From contig NC_057758.1 in the NCBI RefSeq assembly GCF_004010195.1, positions 6,131,352-6,195,036 on the forward strand: a stretch of 63,685 bases of DNA, in the 5' to 3' direction. This document shows positions 35,498 to 49,722 of the stretch, one piece after another (position 1 is the first letter of the stretch; each line of letters starts with the position of its first letter). The notes under the pieces are model-generated. The model saw only the letters and a list, made by a program, of their open reading frames with translations. It was not told the DNA's origin and did no database searches. Origin of the DNA: Chiloscyllium plagiosum. Lineage: Eukaryota. Made by a program: the position numbers and the translations under genes.

Positions 35498-38084
35498 TAT
35501 TTCTAGTTGGGAAAATGTTGGAGTGCACTTTCTAACAGGAAATAGTGAGACATCTAGAAAAAAGGGTCCATCAGGCAGAACGTAGCATCAATACAAGAAG
35601 GGAAGGTCGTTCGTGACAAGTCTACTGGAAGGTTTTTAAGGATGTAACAAAGACGGTGGATGAGGGAGAACTGTTGGATGTTGTCACCTTGGCCATACAC
35701 ACGGCATTTGATAAGATGCTGCATAAAATACCCATTCATAAGATACAAATGCATGTAGGTGTGGGGAATTTACAAGCATGGATGGAAGATTTGTCAATCA
35801 ATAGAGAACAGAGAGGTGCAGTAAATGTTTGTCTCACTGATTGGAGATCAGTCTTCACCAGGGTGTCGCAGGAATCAGTGATCAGGCCAAAACTGTTCAT
35901 TGTATACATCAATGATGTGGAAGTGGATATCGAGTGAAACGTATCCAACTTTGCTAATGACACTAAATTGAGTGGAATAACAAACTGTGCAGAGGATGTG
36001 ATGGGGCTGCAGAGAGATTTCGATTAAGTGAGTGGGCGAGGGTTTAGCATGTGGAGTACAATATTGGTGAAAGTAACGTTGTTCACTTTGAAAGTAATGA
36101 TAGTAAGCCAGCGCATTATTTAAATTGTGAACGATTGAAGCATACTGCTGTGCACAGCGACTTAGAGGTGATTGTACATGAATCCCTAAGAGCTGATTCG
36201 CAGATACAACAGGTAATCAGGAAGATAAACGGAATATTGGCTTCGTTGCTAGAGGGAGTTTCTGCTGCAGTTGCACACAGAGATGGTGAGGTCGCACTCT
36301 CAATATTTCCTGCAGTTCTGGTCTCATTATTTGAGGAAGGACATAGTGGCCTTGGAGACTTTTCAAAGGAGGTTCACCAGACTGATTCCAGAGATCAGAG
36401 GGTCACCCTATCAGGGAAGTTTGAGCCGCCTTAGGCAGTACTCGCTCTAATGTAGATGGAACAGATGGGACATTACAGAAACATATAAACTTATGGAAGG
36501 GATTGTTAAGAATAAGGCAAGAAAATTGTTTCCGCTGGCGGGTGAGACTAGAACTCGATACATAGCCTCAAGGTTAGGGGGAGTAAAATTTAAGACAGTG
36601 AAGGGGACGAACTGGTTTTCCCAGAGAGTAGTGAATCAATGGAATTCTCTGCACAAGGATGCAGTAGAAGCAGTTTCGTCTATGAGAAAAAAGATAAGTG
36701 ATAAGAAAAATAGCTTGTTTGAGCTGAAGAAAGAGGTAAAACTTGAGAAGGATGAAAAACAGAGCGACGAAAGGTAGAAATAAAGAGACCTGGAAATTAA
36801 GGAATTGGCTTAAAAGATTGTAGGATACACATCGTGAGGAAGAGAGTGTGGATGAGCAAACCCATCGTACTGAAAGGCCTGGTAAGAATCGGTCTAACAT
36901 ATATATATCCAAGCGTTGTCTGAATTTGATAGAAAGGAAGCAGTTCCTTTCACATTCAATATATTAAACATATATTGAATGTGAAAGGAACAAACAAAAC
37001 AATGCTGACAGATGAGTACAGATATTAAAAAAAATCATATATGTAACTCTTAAGGGAGCCGAGGTGTTATTACAGGAGTATCTTGAGAGTCTGTTGAAGT
37101 GAAGGAAGCTCTCTTAAATGCACATGAGCTGGTGGCAGAAAGAGAAAGAGACCATATCGGAATCTAAGGAGGGACCAGGTTAAACATATATTGAATGTGA
37201 AAGGAACAAACAAAACAATGCTGACAGATGAGTACAGATATTAAAAAAAATCATATATGTAACTCTTAATGGAGCTGACGGTTTCGGAGCCATTGAAATA
37301 TTTACTTCCAGAGGCAGTGAGAACTCACGAGGAAGAGCAGAGTGACAACGACAGCATCAGCAGTTAAAATGGCTGAATATTATGGACTGGTTTATGAATT
37401 ATGGTTTGGTTTGTGTGTGCTGTCAAGAAGTGAGGCGGGAACGAGAGGTTCCTTATTATGGGAGTCGAGGAAATTAGATCGTCTGAAATTTTGAGACTTG
37501 TTTCAAGGAACGTCTTTTTTTTTCCTGAAAGGCTGCCACAGGCTTCACTGTCTTACTACAATTTCTCGAGTTGAACACTCAGCCTATGTTTATACAATGA
37601 TGCATAAAACGTTGCTTGTTTTACTTAGATTACATTATGCACTCAAGTAATGTAGAATACAATAATTCAACATAACCATAAGCACAGTGCCATTTCTCTC
37701 TTTAAACTGGATTTTTCTCAAGGACAGAGAGATTAGGAGTGTAAGATGCACTCTCCATTATTCGTCAAATAATATGACACAACGTCAGTCTTTATCTCCA
37801 GAATTACGTTTCGATGACAGCTGCAATTCTGAGAGCCGGGTTACTGACCACCTTGGCCAAGTGGCCGAAAATGCAGCAGTTTGTCAATTTCATACTGCTT
37901 CCACAATACACTCCTTGTTGACCTTCCAGATCAAAATCTAAGTTTACAATACCGATTCATCCAATAAAGGGAGTGAATTTCCTTCTGGAAGAGGGAGTAT
38001 ACTTATGTATATTTTCTCATCGTAGGAATTGTAATGGGGTAGGGTCCAGTAGATGATCACTGGATTTGGACGAAAAAACTGTGG

Positions 38085-38520
38085 GAGGAACAAACTGCGC
38101 ACAACAACAGCCTGTAATTCACGGTAGGATGTAAAGTATCCGGAATATGATAACAAAGGTGACGATCCCAATGCGTGGAAGTTCCCCTTTTATCCAGCCA
38201 GGTGAGTTCAAAAGCTATCCTGAATTAAAACAAGAGCGTAATTTCGTAATTTCTGTGATTCACGAAATCGGATAGATTTTCTGAATTATCTGGTAGGGGG
38301 TACAGCATTCGGCAACAATAACAGCACAAATGTCACCCCCCCCCCCCCCCGCGATATTAGAAAACCGAAGGCCAAGCGGTTTTCAGGAACGACTGTTCTA
38401 TATTCGACGTGCTCAGTTTTGCTCTCGGTCAGGCCTTCAGTGCTATCATTGTCGACAATTTCCACACGACTGCTAATTTGCCCAATTCTTGGGAATGCCA
38501 ACAGTTCAAATAGGAGTGGA
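38085..38520 (-). pseudogene. env: ERV env TM remnant, copy C, frameshifted by a G15 run
   Basis: ORF 38286..38591 reads ENRLAFGFLISRGGGGV; the CAVIVAECC codons follow out of frame. Confidence 0.8.
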
Positions 38521-38560
38521 AGATGTTGTGGTTCTGTTCGGCGAGCTGGGAATTTGTGTT

Positions 38561-38600
38561 GCAGACGTTTCGTCCCCTGTCTAGGTGACACCCTCAGTGC
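38561..38600 (-). ncRNA. Hammerhead motif with a core substitution (CTGAGGG)
   Basis: gca-CTGAGGG-tgtcacctagacaggggac-GAAA-cGTC-tgc. Paralogue of 22234-22272. Confidence 0.55.
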
Positions 38601-41600
38601 TTGGGAGCCTCATGTGAAGCGCTTCTGTGATGTTTCCTCCGGCATTTATATTGGTTTGTCTCTGCCACTCTCAGTTGTCAGTTCCAGCTGTTCGTTGCAG
38701 TGGTCGGTATATTGCGTCCAGGAGGAGAAGACTTGCCCACCTGGTTGAGCAAACGGGTGAAGGAAATCTTGAGTTTCGGTGTAAAGGTATCCTATATAAA
38801 ACTATGATGCGTGTTAAGACATATCCCATTGTTCCATCATTACACAGCTGACAGGTGCTCTTGGCACTCATAATGCAAGGCCACACACCTGTACTTTTCA
38901 GGGGGGAGCAGCCAACTGCACTCAACAATCTCTTGCCCAATGATTCTTCTGATCACAGCGAACGAAACCTTTATTATCATTGGACTAAACCATCCACTGC
39001 CAACCCATCCAATTGGTGTGGGCAATACTTTTGGTGCCTTCCTGACGAGATTGGTTATGTTGGAGAAACTGGCATTCAGACCCTAAGATACCTGATTAAA
39101 TAAACCATGTCAGTCCACATAAATGAGAGATTTAAAAAAACAACCCTGCAATTCTGCCTGTGCTAGATGAGATTGATAATTTTGTAAACCGGAGCGAGCT
39201 GGCGCTCAATACAATTTTTTTTTGTTCCCAGGGGTACTCCCACGAATGATTCCGACAGGAAGGTAGCTTCCACGTGGAGTCGGAAGATGTAGTGTTAGAC
39301 ATTAGTGAATAATTTGCTTCACTATTCATTACTTAGTGGGACATTCACTTTTCTGAGGAGAGCTTGAAATAGTTTTACATGAAATAAAATATTGATTTTA
39401 GGAAGAAAGATGTGCAACAAATTTTGAAAATATCGAGGATAGACAAATCCCCTCCACCGGACGGGATATACAGCTTGATTGCCTCCCTTTCTGGCGATGT
39501 TTCTGTGACCCCACATTTGGGAGGGCATTTTTACATTCATAACGTTCAGCAACGTGTAACCATTTAATGAAACAATGCATCTTATAACATTTGTCCCAGT
39601 TGGATCGACAACACCTTCCTGAGTAATTTCTTGCCATTCCTAATTTTATTTAAGTCAAACGATTCTTCATCGAACCAACGGTCCTTGGACTATCTGGAAA
39701 GATCATAACAAAAGGGAATGGCGCACCCACAATCTCGTGTTTAATGGAGGACCAAAACACCAGTGACCCAGTGGAACGATGAGGACCAATACCTGTTAGC
39801 GTAATATTTTCACCTTTTGATGCAAGTTATTTTTCTCAGTGATCTTGCTTCAACCTTTCAGCTGTCTTGGTAAAACTGGATAAGATACACATTCTATCAT
39901 TCAGCAAACGAAATCACACAACCTAAGTCTCTATATCAAGCAATATTTTTCCAATGTAGCTGCAAGTCTGAGAGCCAGGTTATCTTTTCAGATTGGTCAA
40001 GTAACCCATCATAGTATGTCAAATTCTTACGACTTGCAAAATGGGGCAATGGCATTAGTATTGGAACAGAAGACATCTGTACCGACACCTAAACCGCGTT
40101 GGTGCCAGTGTTCCAGCGGAAAAGGTAACTCGGGTGATCAACAGGACTTTAACCTAATAAATGAGCAGAAGGGCAGGGAAAAACTCCAAAACGTGTAATG
40201 CCCAAATGGAAGCGAATCTGCAGTTTAGATCTGTGGTTGTGGATTCAACTACATTGACATGTATGAAAAAAGAGAAAATATGGAACAACTCATGAGGGTT
40301 GATTAAATTTAAAAGCACACAAAATAGTGCAGAGTGTTTGGAATGGGTTAGAAACTATACTTTAAACAAAATTGATTAACAAATAACAATCAGAACAGGT
40401 ACGATCAATACAGAACTAAAGGTGTGATTTCCGAAATCATGCCATATACAAAATAAGGTAAATGAGTTTGAGGCGTGAATCAAAACTGGCAGGCATAATG
40501 TCATGGGCGGTTACAGAGACGTGGCTGAAAGGGAGTCGGGACAAGTGACAAATTATCTGTGGGTAACGTTCTACAAAAAAAATCACACAGGTGGGCACAG
40601 TAGGTGGGGTTGTGTTCATTGTAAAAATGAAGGTAAATCTATAACAGTATATGAAGTAAGGTCAGGTGATGTAGAATCTGCGTGCGGAGGATACGGAAAA
40701 GTTAAACAAAACTAATCTGGTAGTAATCTACAGAGCTCCAAATCATAGTCAGGATTTTGGGCATACGATAAACCAAGAGACAGAAGGATTGGGCAAGTCA
40801 GGCAAGATTACAGTAAGAATGATTGAATTCAATGTTCAGATAGACTGGCAAAATCAGATTCGTCGTGGATCGCATCGAAACTTAGTTGTAGAACGTCTAT
40901 GAGACGTTTTCTTTCAGCACCTTTTGGTGGATCCCATGCAGAAGAGGCAGTTTATTATTTACTGTTTTGCAGTGACATAGATTCGATAAGGGTGCTAAAG
41001 TTAAAGAAATTCCTGGGTCAGTGACCATGACATGCTGGAACGTACAATGCAATCGTTAGGGAGAAGATGAATTCTGAGGTAACAGTATAGCAGTCGAAAG
41101 AAGGCAAGTACAGCTGCACGATAGTGGAGCTGGCAATATTTGACTGGAAGATAAAACCAGAAGGAGTGACTTTGGAACAGTAATGACAGGAGCTTCCCGT
41201 AGAATTGAGAGAGAAACAGCAAAACTCCATCCGAGACAAACAAATAGACTAAAGGGAGGATGGTGCAAATATTTGACGAGGGAATTCAGGGACAGCTCAC
41301 AAGCAACAGACAAAGCAAATGATTTGGCGACTGCTCTTGCCAAGACTTGGAATTGGACAGTGGAAAAAGACCAACACAGGACACTGAAGAAAGAAATAAA
41401 GGTGGAGACATTAAATATGAGTGTAAGCTTGATAGTAATATTAGAAAAGATGGCAGGTGTCTCTTTGGATATATAATGGGCAAGAGGGAGGCAAATATTG
41501 TTAGTGGATCACAGGAAGATGATGGTGGATTAATGGGAAAAAACAACTAAGGAAATGAATAAGCACATTTAATCATTCTGCACAGTGGAAGAGATATGTA

Positions 41601-41790
41601 ATATCATAGAAATCCAAGAGGGTCGCTTGAGGTGGGGTGGGGAGAGAAGATGGGAATGGTGACCAGCACCGTTGAAGAAGCTGCTAGCAAAAAAAAAAAG
41701 CCGGATACATTCGGCTCGCAGGTCAGAATGAGATATCTTGAGAGACAGCGGAAGGTTTAATTCCGATCATTTGGTATCACTGGAGTCAGG

Positions 41791-42089
41791 GGGATTAGAT
41801 GAGATTGCCTATAGTGTGAAAGCATGCCCTTCGGCCCAACCACTCCCTACCGACTCTCTGATGAGTAACTCAGCCAGACCCATTTCCCTCTGACTAAAGC
41901 ACCTTACACTATGTGCAATTTACTATGGCCTGTTCACCTGACCTGCGCATCTTTGGACTGGAGGTGGGAACCGGAGTTCCTGGAGGAAACCCACGCAGAA
42001 CAGGGGAGAAGGTGCGAACTCCACGCAGTCGACTGAGGCTGGAATCGAACCTAGGCATTAGTGCTAAACACTGAGCCACGTGCCGCCCC
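41791..42089 (-). mobile_element. HE1/V-SINE-like SINE, copy C
   Basis: Reverse complement of 16599-16895. Confidence 0.85.
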
Positions 42090-45000
42090 AAGTGTCTCAG
42101 ACGATTTGAAAATCTCCTTGTTTCAGAAGGGAGTAAGCAAAAGAATTGGGATTTTTTTTGTCCGTTGAGCCTGACTCAGTCGTTGTTATGCTTTTGGAGT
42201 TTATTATGAAAATTCAAATTTCTGGATACGTAGAAGTGCTTGGTAACATAGGGAAATGCACATTAAGGGGAGGTCATAACTGACAGATCTATAAGTATTC
42301 TTTTAGGAAGTAACAAATGGTGAGACCAAGGACAGGAATTGGATGCCAGCTACCTGGACTTCCAGAAGGCCTTTGTTATGGTGCTGTACAGGAGGCTGCT
42401 CTGTATTACAAGAAAGGTGCGAACATAGATCGAACATTGTTAGTTTGGCAGACAGTAGAGACTGTGAATAAAATGGCCGTTCTCAGGAAGGAAGACGCTA
42501 CCAAGTGGTGTACCACTAGGGTCAGTATTGGGACAACACGTGTCTCTTTACACATTAATGATCTGGATGAATGAACAGAGGGGTTCTGGCTAAGTTTGCA
42601 GCTGATGTAAAGGTGGATATAAGATCAGTTAGTATTAAGGAGGCAGGGAGGATGCCAGAAGACGTTACAGGTTAATAGAGTGGGAGAAGAATTGGCATTT
42701 GAAATGCAATATGGGAAAGTGTTAGGTCTTGCACTTTGATAGGAAGCATACATGCATGGAGTATTTTCGAAATTGCCAGATAATTCAGAAATTGGATGAT
42801 TAAATGTCCTGTTATTTAAAATTTGCAAGTTTTGTCGAGTTGGGAAGGCAAATATAATACTTTCATTCATCTCGAGAGACGACACTATAAAAACAGGAAT
42901 GTACATCTGAGGCTTTATAAGGCTTCAATAAAACCACGTTAGGACTGCTGTTAGCAATCTGGGGGCGCGTCTCTGAGAAATGACATGTTGGCCCGAGAGT
43001 GGATCAAGACGTTGTTCAGGAGAGTAATCTCAGGAATGGAAAGCTTTACATGTGATGAACATTTGACGACTCTGGGACTACGTTTGATGGAGTTTAGAAG
43101 GATGAGGGGAGGCTCGGTCTGAAACTTACAGAATTCTGCACGGCCTTGACAAAGTGGACATTGGGAAGTTGGTTCCATTGGCTGGAGAGAGGAGGACACG
43201 AGAACACATCGGTAGTGTAAAGAGAATATCATTTAAATGCAAATCAGGAGATACATCTTCAGCCGAAGAGTGGGCAATCTGTGGAAACCATTGCCATGGA
43301 AGGCTGTGGGGGACACGGTACTGAGTATATTACTTATGTAGGGATTGCCAACGGGATGAAAGGTTAGGGGAGAATGTGGAAAAATGGGGTTACACAACTG
43401 CGGCAAATTTTAGGGAATGGTTAAATTGAACGGGAGCGTTTACTAGTCAACATTAAAAAACACACATTCTATGAGGAAACAGGAAGCCTCTTGATGAGAG
43501 ACGTTTGTTTCTAGGTAAAATAACCTCCAGCAAGTGGAAGGCCCGGAAACGTGAATTAACTGGATATGTCGAGTTCAAGTTCATTGTACTGTTGAGTTTG
43601 AAACGCAAGATATTCTGCAGTATACAAACTGAATATGAAGAGATCTTGAGGCTTTGATCAGAAAAAACGAGCAATGTATAGCGTAGCCACAGACAGCTGG
43701 GATCAAGAGTTTTCCTGGCGGTACACAGGGATTCAGTAGTTGACTGAAGAAGAGATATCCATAGCTGAGGCGATTAATAGGTTGCATTCAAGTATGACCT
43801 TTATGAAGATTAAAGGGGAAGGAACATATGGAGAGAGTAGGAGCACTGAAGTTCCAAAGTGGACATATGTGTAGAAATGCAGGACATGTGCGCGATGTGA
43901 ACTTCACCTTTGTGTTTTTCGTGGAGAATGTCATTAAGACTTGGGAACTTGGGGAAGTCAGTTGTGATATTTTGAACAGTTCATTTCACAGTAGAGCGGA
44001 TGTTAGATGTCTGAGAATGCATAGAATTTTGACCATATATATCCAAGAACACAGTAAGAGGCGACAAATGGAATCATAGAGCCCCTGGCCGCCATAATAC
44101 CCTCATCGTTAGGCACTGGTGAGGTTCCAAGAAAAAAAAAGTAAGTATAGCGATATTGCGATCGTATTCAAGACAGACAACATGAAAAAAGGTATTGGGA
44201 ATGATCGACTTGTAAGCCTAACATCTGTGGTAAGTAAAATACTTGAGAAGAATCTGAGAGATAAAACGTACATATATTTGGTAAAATAAGGTTTGATTAG
44301 AAATGGTTAGCATGGTTTGAAGCGTGGGAGATCAGGCTCACAAAATTGATCAAGGTTTTTAATGAAGTAATAGGAAGCTGGACGATGGCAGGTTGGGACA
44401 CGGAACCGGTTGGGATTTTGATACTGTTGCACATGCTCAGTTGATCTGGAATGCGAGCTCGCATGGAATGGAGGCGGAGATGATAAATTGGATACACAAT
44501 TGACTTTATGGTAGTAAACTCACGTTAATAGTGAAGGGATACTTTTCAACTGGAGGCCTGTGACGAGTGGAGTGCCTCACAGTACGCCTCGTTGTTGGTC
44601 CTATTATTGTTTGCTATTCATATGAATTGGAAGGAAAAAGCACAAGGCGTGAATAGAAAATGTACAGATCTCACGAAATAAGTGTCACAGTGGAACCTAT
44701 GGAAGGTTATCAGAAATTGCACTAGGACCTTGATCAGCTGGAGCAGTAAGCCAAGAAAAGTCAAATGGGATTTAGTATAGATAAGTGGAAGGTTTTGCAT
44801 TTTGTAAATTCGATTCAAGGTAGCTGTCCTATAGTGAATAGTGTGTTGTAGGACTTTAGGAGTGGAGGCGAACAGAAAGAATATTTTTGTTCAGATTCTC
44901 AGGTAGAGAGGGCATTGAAGAAAACTTTTGCTACACTGGCATTCGTCAGTCAGGGCATTCAGAATAGAGGTTGGGAGATTATGTTGTAGTTGTACAGGAC

Positions 45001-46647
45001 GTTGGTGAGGCAGCACTTGGAGTATTGCAATGAATTTCGGTCATCGTGCTATCGGAGGGATATTATTTACCTGGAAAGAACGCTGAAAATAAATGGTTTG
45101 TTGCCAGAACTCAGGTGTCTGAGCTATATGGACAGGATGGACAAGGTTGGATTTATCTTTCGAGCCTAGGAGACTGAGGGGGGATCTTAAGGACGTTTGA
45201 GAGACCATGAAGAATGGATAGTTTGAATGCACACATTTTTTTTTTCGCAGGGTTCCAGAATTGAGCGTGGGAGGTCATCAGTTCAATGTTAGAGGAGAAA
45301 GAAAGGAAGAGGAACTGAAGGAGAAATTCTTTACTTAGAATGTGGTACGGATATGGAATGAGCAACCAGACGACGTTGCTGAAGCGAGTATGTTCACAAA
45401 ATGTAAAAGACGTTTGGGCAAATGCATAAACAGGAATGTTAAGAAGGGTATGGGCCATTTGCTGTGAAATAGTGCAAGCGTGGATGAAACAGTTCGTGTG
45501 AAAGTGTCTGCCTCCTCGACGGGGGTCTCTTTGAATCTATGATCCTTGAAATCAAAATAAAACTCATAATTTTGCTCACAGAGATCAAGTGTTAATGTTA
45601 CTTTCAGTGTTTGTGTTTCAACGCTGCTGCCTCAACAAAACAAAACTGGTACTTAAAGCGAGTGAGAAATTTGCATCACTCATACAGTGTATTTGGTGCA
45701 TATGAGGAGGTGAACAAATCCATCTTAACTGCATCTGAGCTTGTGCCCGCGTTTCATGAAGCTAACGAGGCAAACGACATTAAGTTGGAAAGGATCAAAT
45801 AAAGTAATTGTGATAAGTGAAAAATTCGAGAGGAATGTTAATGTTGGAGAAGAGTATGGAGTACTCATGTGGAAGAGCACAGAGATAAAACGACAAGATT
45901 CACAGCAGAAATGATCGATAATTATGAATTGGTTCAGAAGTCAAAGTTGGGTTTCTGACACCAATTTCAATCCATGAGGGACAGACATTATGAAAAGAGA
46001 AAATCTGGCGTGGCAAGGAAAGTTTGGAACTCGGTGAGCACAATCAGAATGAAGGAATAGCTTCAAATTGAAAGAGAAGGTGGAAAACTCCCGTAGTTTC
46101 ACTGCACTGAAGTAGGACACGTTAATAACAATGTTGGTGGGTAAGAAAAAAGCATGGGAAGCCAGAGGTAGGAAACATAGTAAGACAGTGAATTCGGTCG
46201 ATGTGATAAAGAAAGACAAAGTGGAGGCTAAATGTCTACACCAGAATGTACAAGCCAGTCGGAGATTGGATCAGAAGGAAGTGTCAGATCTTTTCAAACT
46301 ATATACCTGCCAAGTTAAAACGTACTTGCATAGTAGCAGCAGGTAAAGAAGTTACAATATGAAGGTAAACAGGATACTCACAATCTTTGATGTGCAAAAA
46401 TGAGAACCTACGTACCTCTGAAGAATATTTATCTGAGTATATGAGAGTCATGGAAACTCAATGTGAGAGAAGAAGTGTTCAATTGCATAAATTCAGGCAA
46501 AAGTGTCAAGTGAAGAGTGGAGAAGTCATGGTAGAAAAACGGCACAAAGTCTCAGTTCCAGGAACACAATCTGTCATAGCTACTCATATAGTTAGTTCAG
46601 AGTTAGGAATGCTGGCTACTCTGGTTGAATAGACAGTTATTTATATC

Positions 46648-47720
46648 AGGAGAAAATTAGGATTGCAAATGCTGAAAATCAGAGTCGAAAAGTGTGGCGC
46701 TGGAAAAGTACAGAAGGTCAGGCAGCAGCCGAGTAACAGGAGAATCCACTTTCGGGTATAAGCCGTTCATTTGGAGTGTGTAGGGTGTGGACATGGGGTA
46801 GGTATCCAAGACTGTCCAATGCTTGCTGTGGTCGGTGGAGTGGAGTTCAATGGTGGAGGTGTAGCAAGTGAAGGAGATGCGTTGGAGGGCATTATTAAAA
46901 CCGTCAGAGAGGAAATTGTGGTACTCGGAATACGAGGACGTCTGGGATACGTTGGAGTAGAATTGCTCCCCGTGGGAGCAGATGCGGTGGAGACAGAGGA
47001 ACCAGAAAGGAACAGTGTTATTACAGAGGGGAGGAGGGGTACTCCACGTAGCTGTGGAAGTTCGCAGTTTTGAATTAGATGTCTGTGGTGGGTCAGTTGC
47101 CGGATTGATTACGGGGAGATTCAGGTTGGGGAGGGCTGTATCCGAGCTGGTTCAGATGAACTTGAGTTCAAGGAGGAAAATGGTTGTGAAGTTGATGTAC
47201 TGGTCAACCGCCTCGTGGGAGAACGAGTCTGCGCTGATACACTCATCGATTTCAGTGGGGAAAAGATGGGGAATTATGCCAGTGTAACTGCCGAAGAATG
47301 GCTGATCTACATATACGACGAAGAGGTAGGTATAGGTAGGGCCATGGCTACACATTTTGCCGAATGGAAGTGGGAGAATTCGGATGAGAAAATATTGATG
47401 GTGCGGACCAGTTCAGCCAATCGAATGAATGTATCATGGTGGTATTGGGGCGCTGGTTGGGTTAGCGGCAGGGAAGGAAACGGAGGGCTAGCAAGCCTTT
47501 ACCATGATGGGTAGAGGTCTACAGGAACTAGATGTCCATTGTGAAGATGAGGTGTTTTGGGCCGATGAAACAAAAGCCACGGAGGAGCTGGAGTTCGTGG
47601 GTGGCATCTCAATCGTGTGCGGGGTGTTCCTGGACCAAGGGAGAGCGGATGTCGAAGTATTTCTCCAAGCACATCCCAGGATCTTTGCTGACTGTGTGGT
47701 AACAAGATATTACAAGTTGA
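46648..47720 (-). mobile_element. Penelope RT fragment, copy C
   Basis: MCSHGPTYTYLFVVYVDQPFF...EIDECISA (47152..47355). Confidence 0.85.
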
Positions 47721-49722
47721 AAAAGGAGAGAGCAAAGAGAACAGATGAGTATCTTCAAATGGATTTTGCAGATATCCTGTTTGATTCGACTTTTGAAAGA
47801 AAGTAGGAGTAAATGGGTGATAAAAGAGAGATCTTCAGCTCTAGAAAATTAATCGAGATACAGCTGAAAGGTGAGAAACAGAAGGAATTGATCGAAAAGT
47901 ATAATCAAAGAAGACTCTGGATGCATCTCCGTGTGGTGCATTCTTAAAAGTGGTACCTTAATAATAAATTGGAGGCCACCACTTATTCAGTCAGACAGAG
48001 ATGGTCTGAAGTGCACCAAGTTATATTGCCAGTGCGTTTTAGAAAGGAGGTGTTGCAGGTAACACGTGAATTACTACGAGGTTATTAAGGAGCAAGAAAA
48101 ATTCAAACTGAAGTATAAAAACATTTTTACTGGCTTGGACCATCCAAGAATGTAATTGAATTTTGATAGTCATGTCATACCTGTAAAGTAATTGGAAAAC
48201 CACGGGTAGTAGAAACATTCGCATCTTTATAACTATTCCTGCATTTGAGGGACCTCTGACAAGAATCTTAATTGATTTTGTAGGATCGCCTACGTAAAAC
48301 AAAAGGTGGGAATCAATATGTGTTAACATAAGTGGATGTATCCACGCGATTTGCAGACGCCACTTCTTTACGCAATATCCCAGCTCAATTGAACTCACAA
48401 AGAGAGCAAGGTTCACACTTTGCACCAAAATTACTCAAGGATATTACGGGCAGCTCAGGAATAAAACAATTCAAATACAGTGTGCCCCATACAAAGTTGC
48501 ATCGAGGGCTGGAAAGGTGGCGTCACACATTAAACACCATGTTCAGAGCTGACATTCAATACTAATCAGATGATTGTGATGAAGTAACTTCATTTGTAGT
48601 TTCGTGAACAGAGATGCATGAAATGAATTGAACACATTCTGTCCGCTTGAAATCATTTTCCTTCATGAAGTGAGAGGAAAAATAACATTGAGTCAGGTGA
48701 AATTCGGAGACATAATTTAGAGATCAAATTTAAGGCCAAGTGTCAAATTTTCGGGCACACTTAAATAGAGCAGTGGAGATGGCTACGCAAAATTTAAAAC
48801 GTTCACAGCATACCATGCAGGAAGCAGACACGAAAACGAAAACGCTGCAATTTTGAAATTGGAGACCACGTGTTCGTGTTACTTCCAGTGGCAGGTGAAC
48901 CTTTAAAACCAAGGATTACTCGACCTTATCAAATCGAAAGTATATTGTGAGCTGAACAAGTTGATAAGAACTGCAGACAGAAAGAAAGATCACAGAGTGT
49001 ATCGTGTTAATAAGCACAGAAGTATTTTCACAGGCTAGGAAAACTAGGGGAGAATGTGTTATTGATTGCAAAACAGAAGGAAGAACCAACTTCAGATCAT
49101 TCTGAACTGGACTCTACCCAAGTTAAATTACTGAATGGGGAAGATGTCAAAACGTGGGATAATCTTTTGAGTTACATTCTCGTGTAAAATCCAAAAGACC
49201 TCATGCATTTATAGCGATCGGTATGAAGATGTGGGTTTACTGCATCTTTAAGAGAGTTCAAAGAACCTGACAACACAAAAAGTCCTGAACAAGATATAAT
49301 GTAACATGTATCTCAGTAACTCGGTAGCTGGTTGTCTGGAAACGACCAAATAGACTTGCGTTAGGTCAATCATTTTAAATTATACCCCCCACATAAAAAA
49401 GAAACTCCAACTAAATCTAAATTTAGTATATTGGCAATCTGAAAAGCCAGTGACACAATCAGATGGTTTGGAGGTGTAAGACGGGGCAAAATTGCACAGT
49501 TGGGAGAAGAACTGTCGCACCATCAGCATCTGCAGGCAGCCCGATAATCGCTCTTTTAAAGATATCTTTTTCGAAAAGTGACCTGTGAGACAGAAATCCC
49601 GAAGAAGAAAAGAAGATCGATGCAGAAAAGGTTCGAAATATGGCTAGTTTTGAAAACTTGAACTTTTGGTAAATCTTAATCGTGGGGGTTTAATAAGATT
49701 AGTAATGTAGGATGGCAAGGTA

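Larger units (their letters stand above)
37526..40026 (-). mobile_element. ERV remnant, copy C (LTR, gag piece, env, PPT, LTR), internally deleted
   Basis: Paralogue of 18676-23266. Retains WFDEESFDLNKIR and VEIVDNDSTEGLTESKTEHVEYRTVVPENRLAFGFLIS. Confidence 0.7.
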
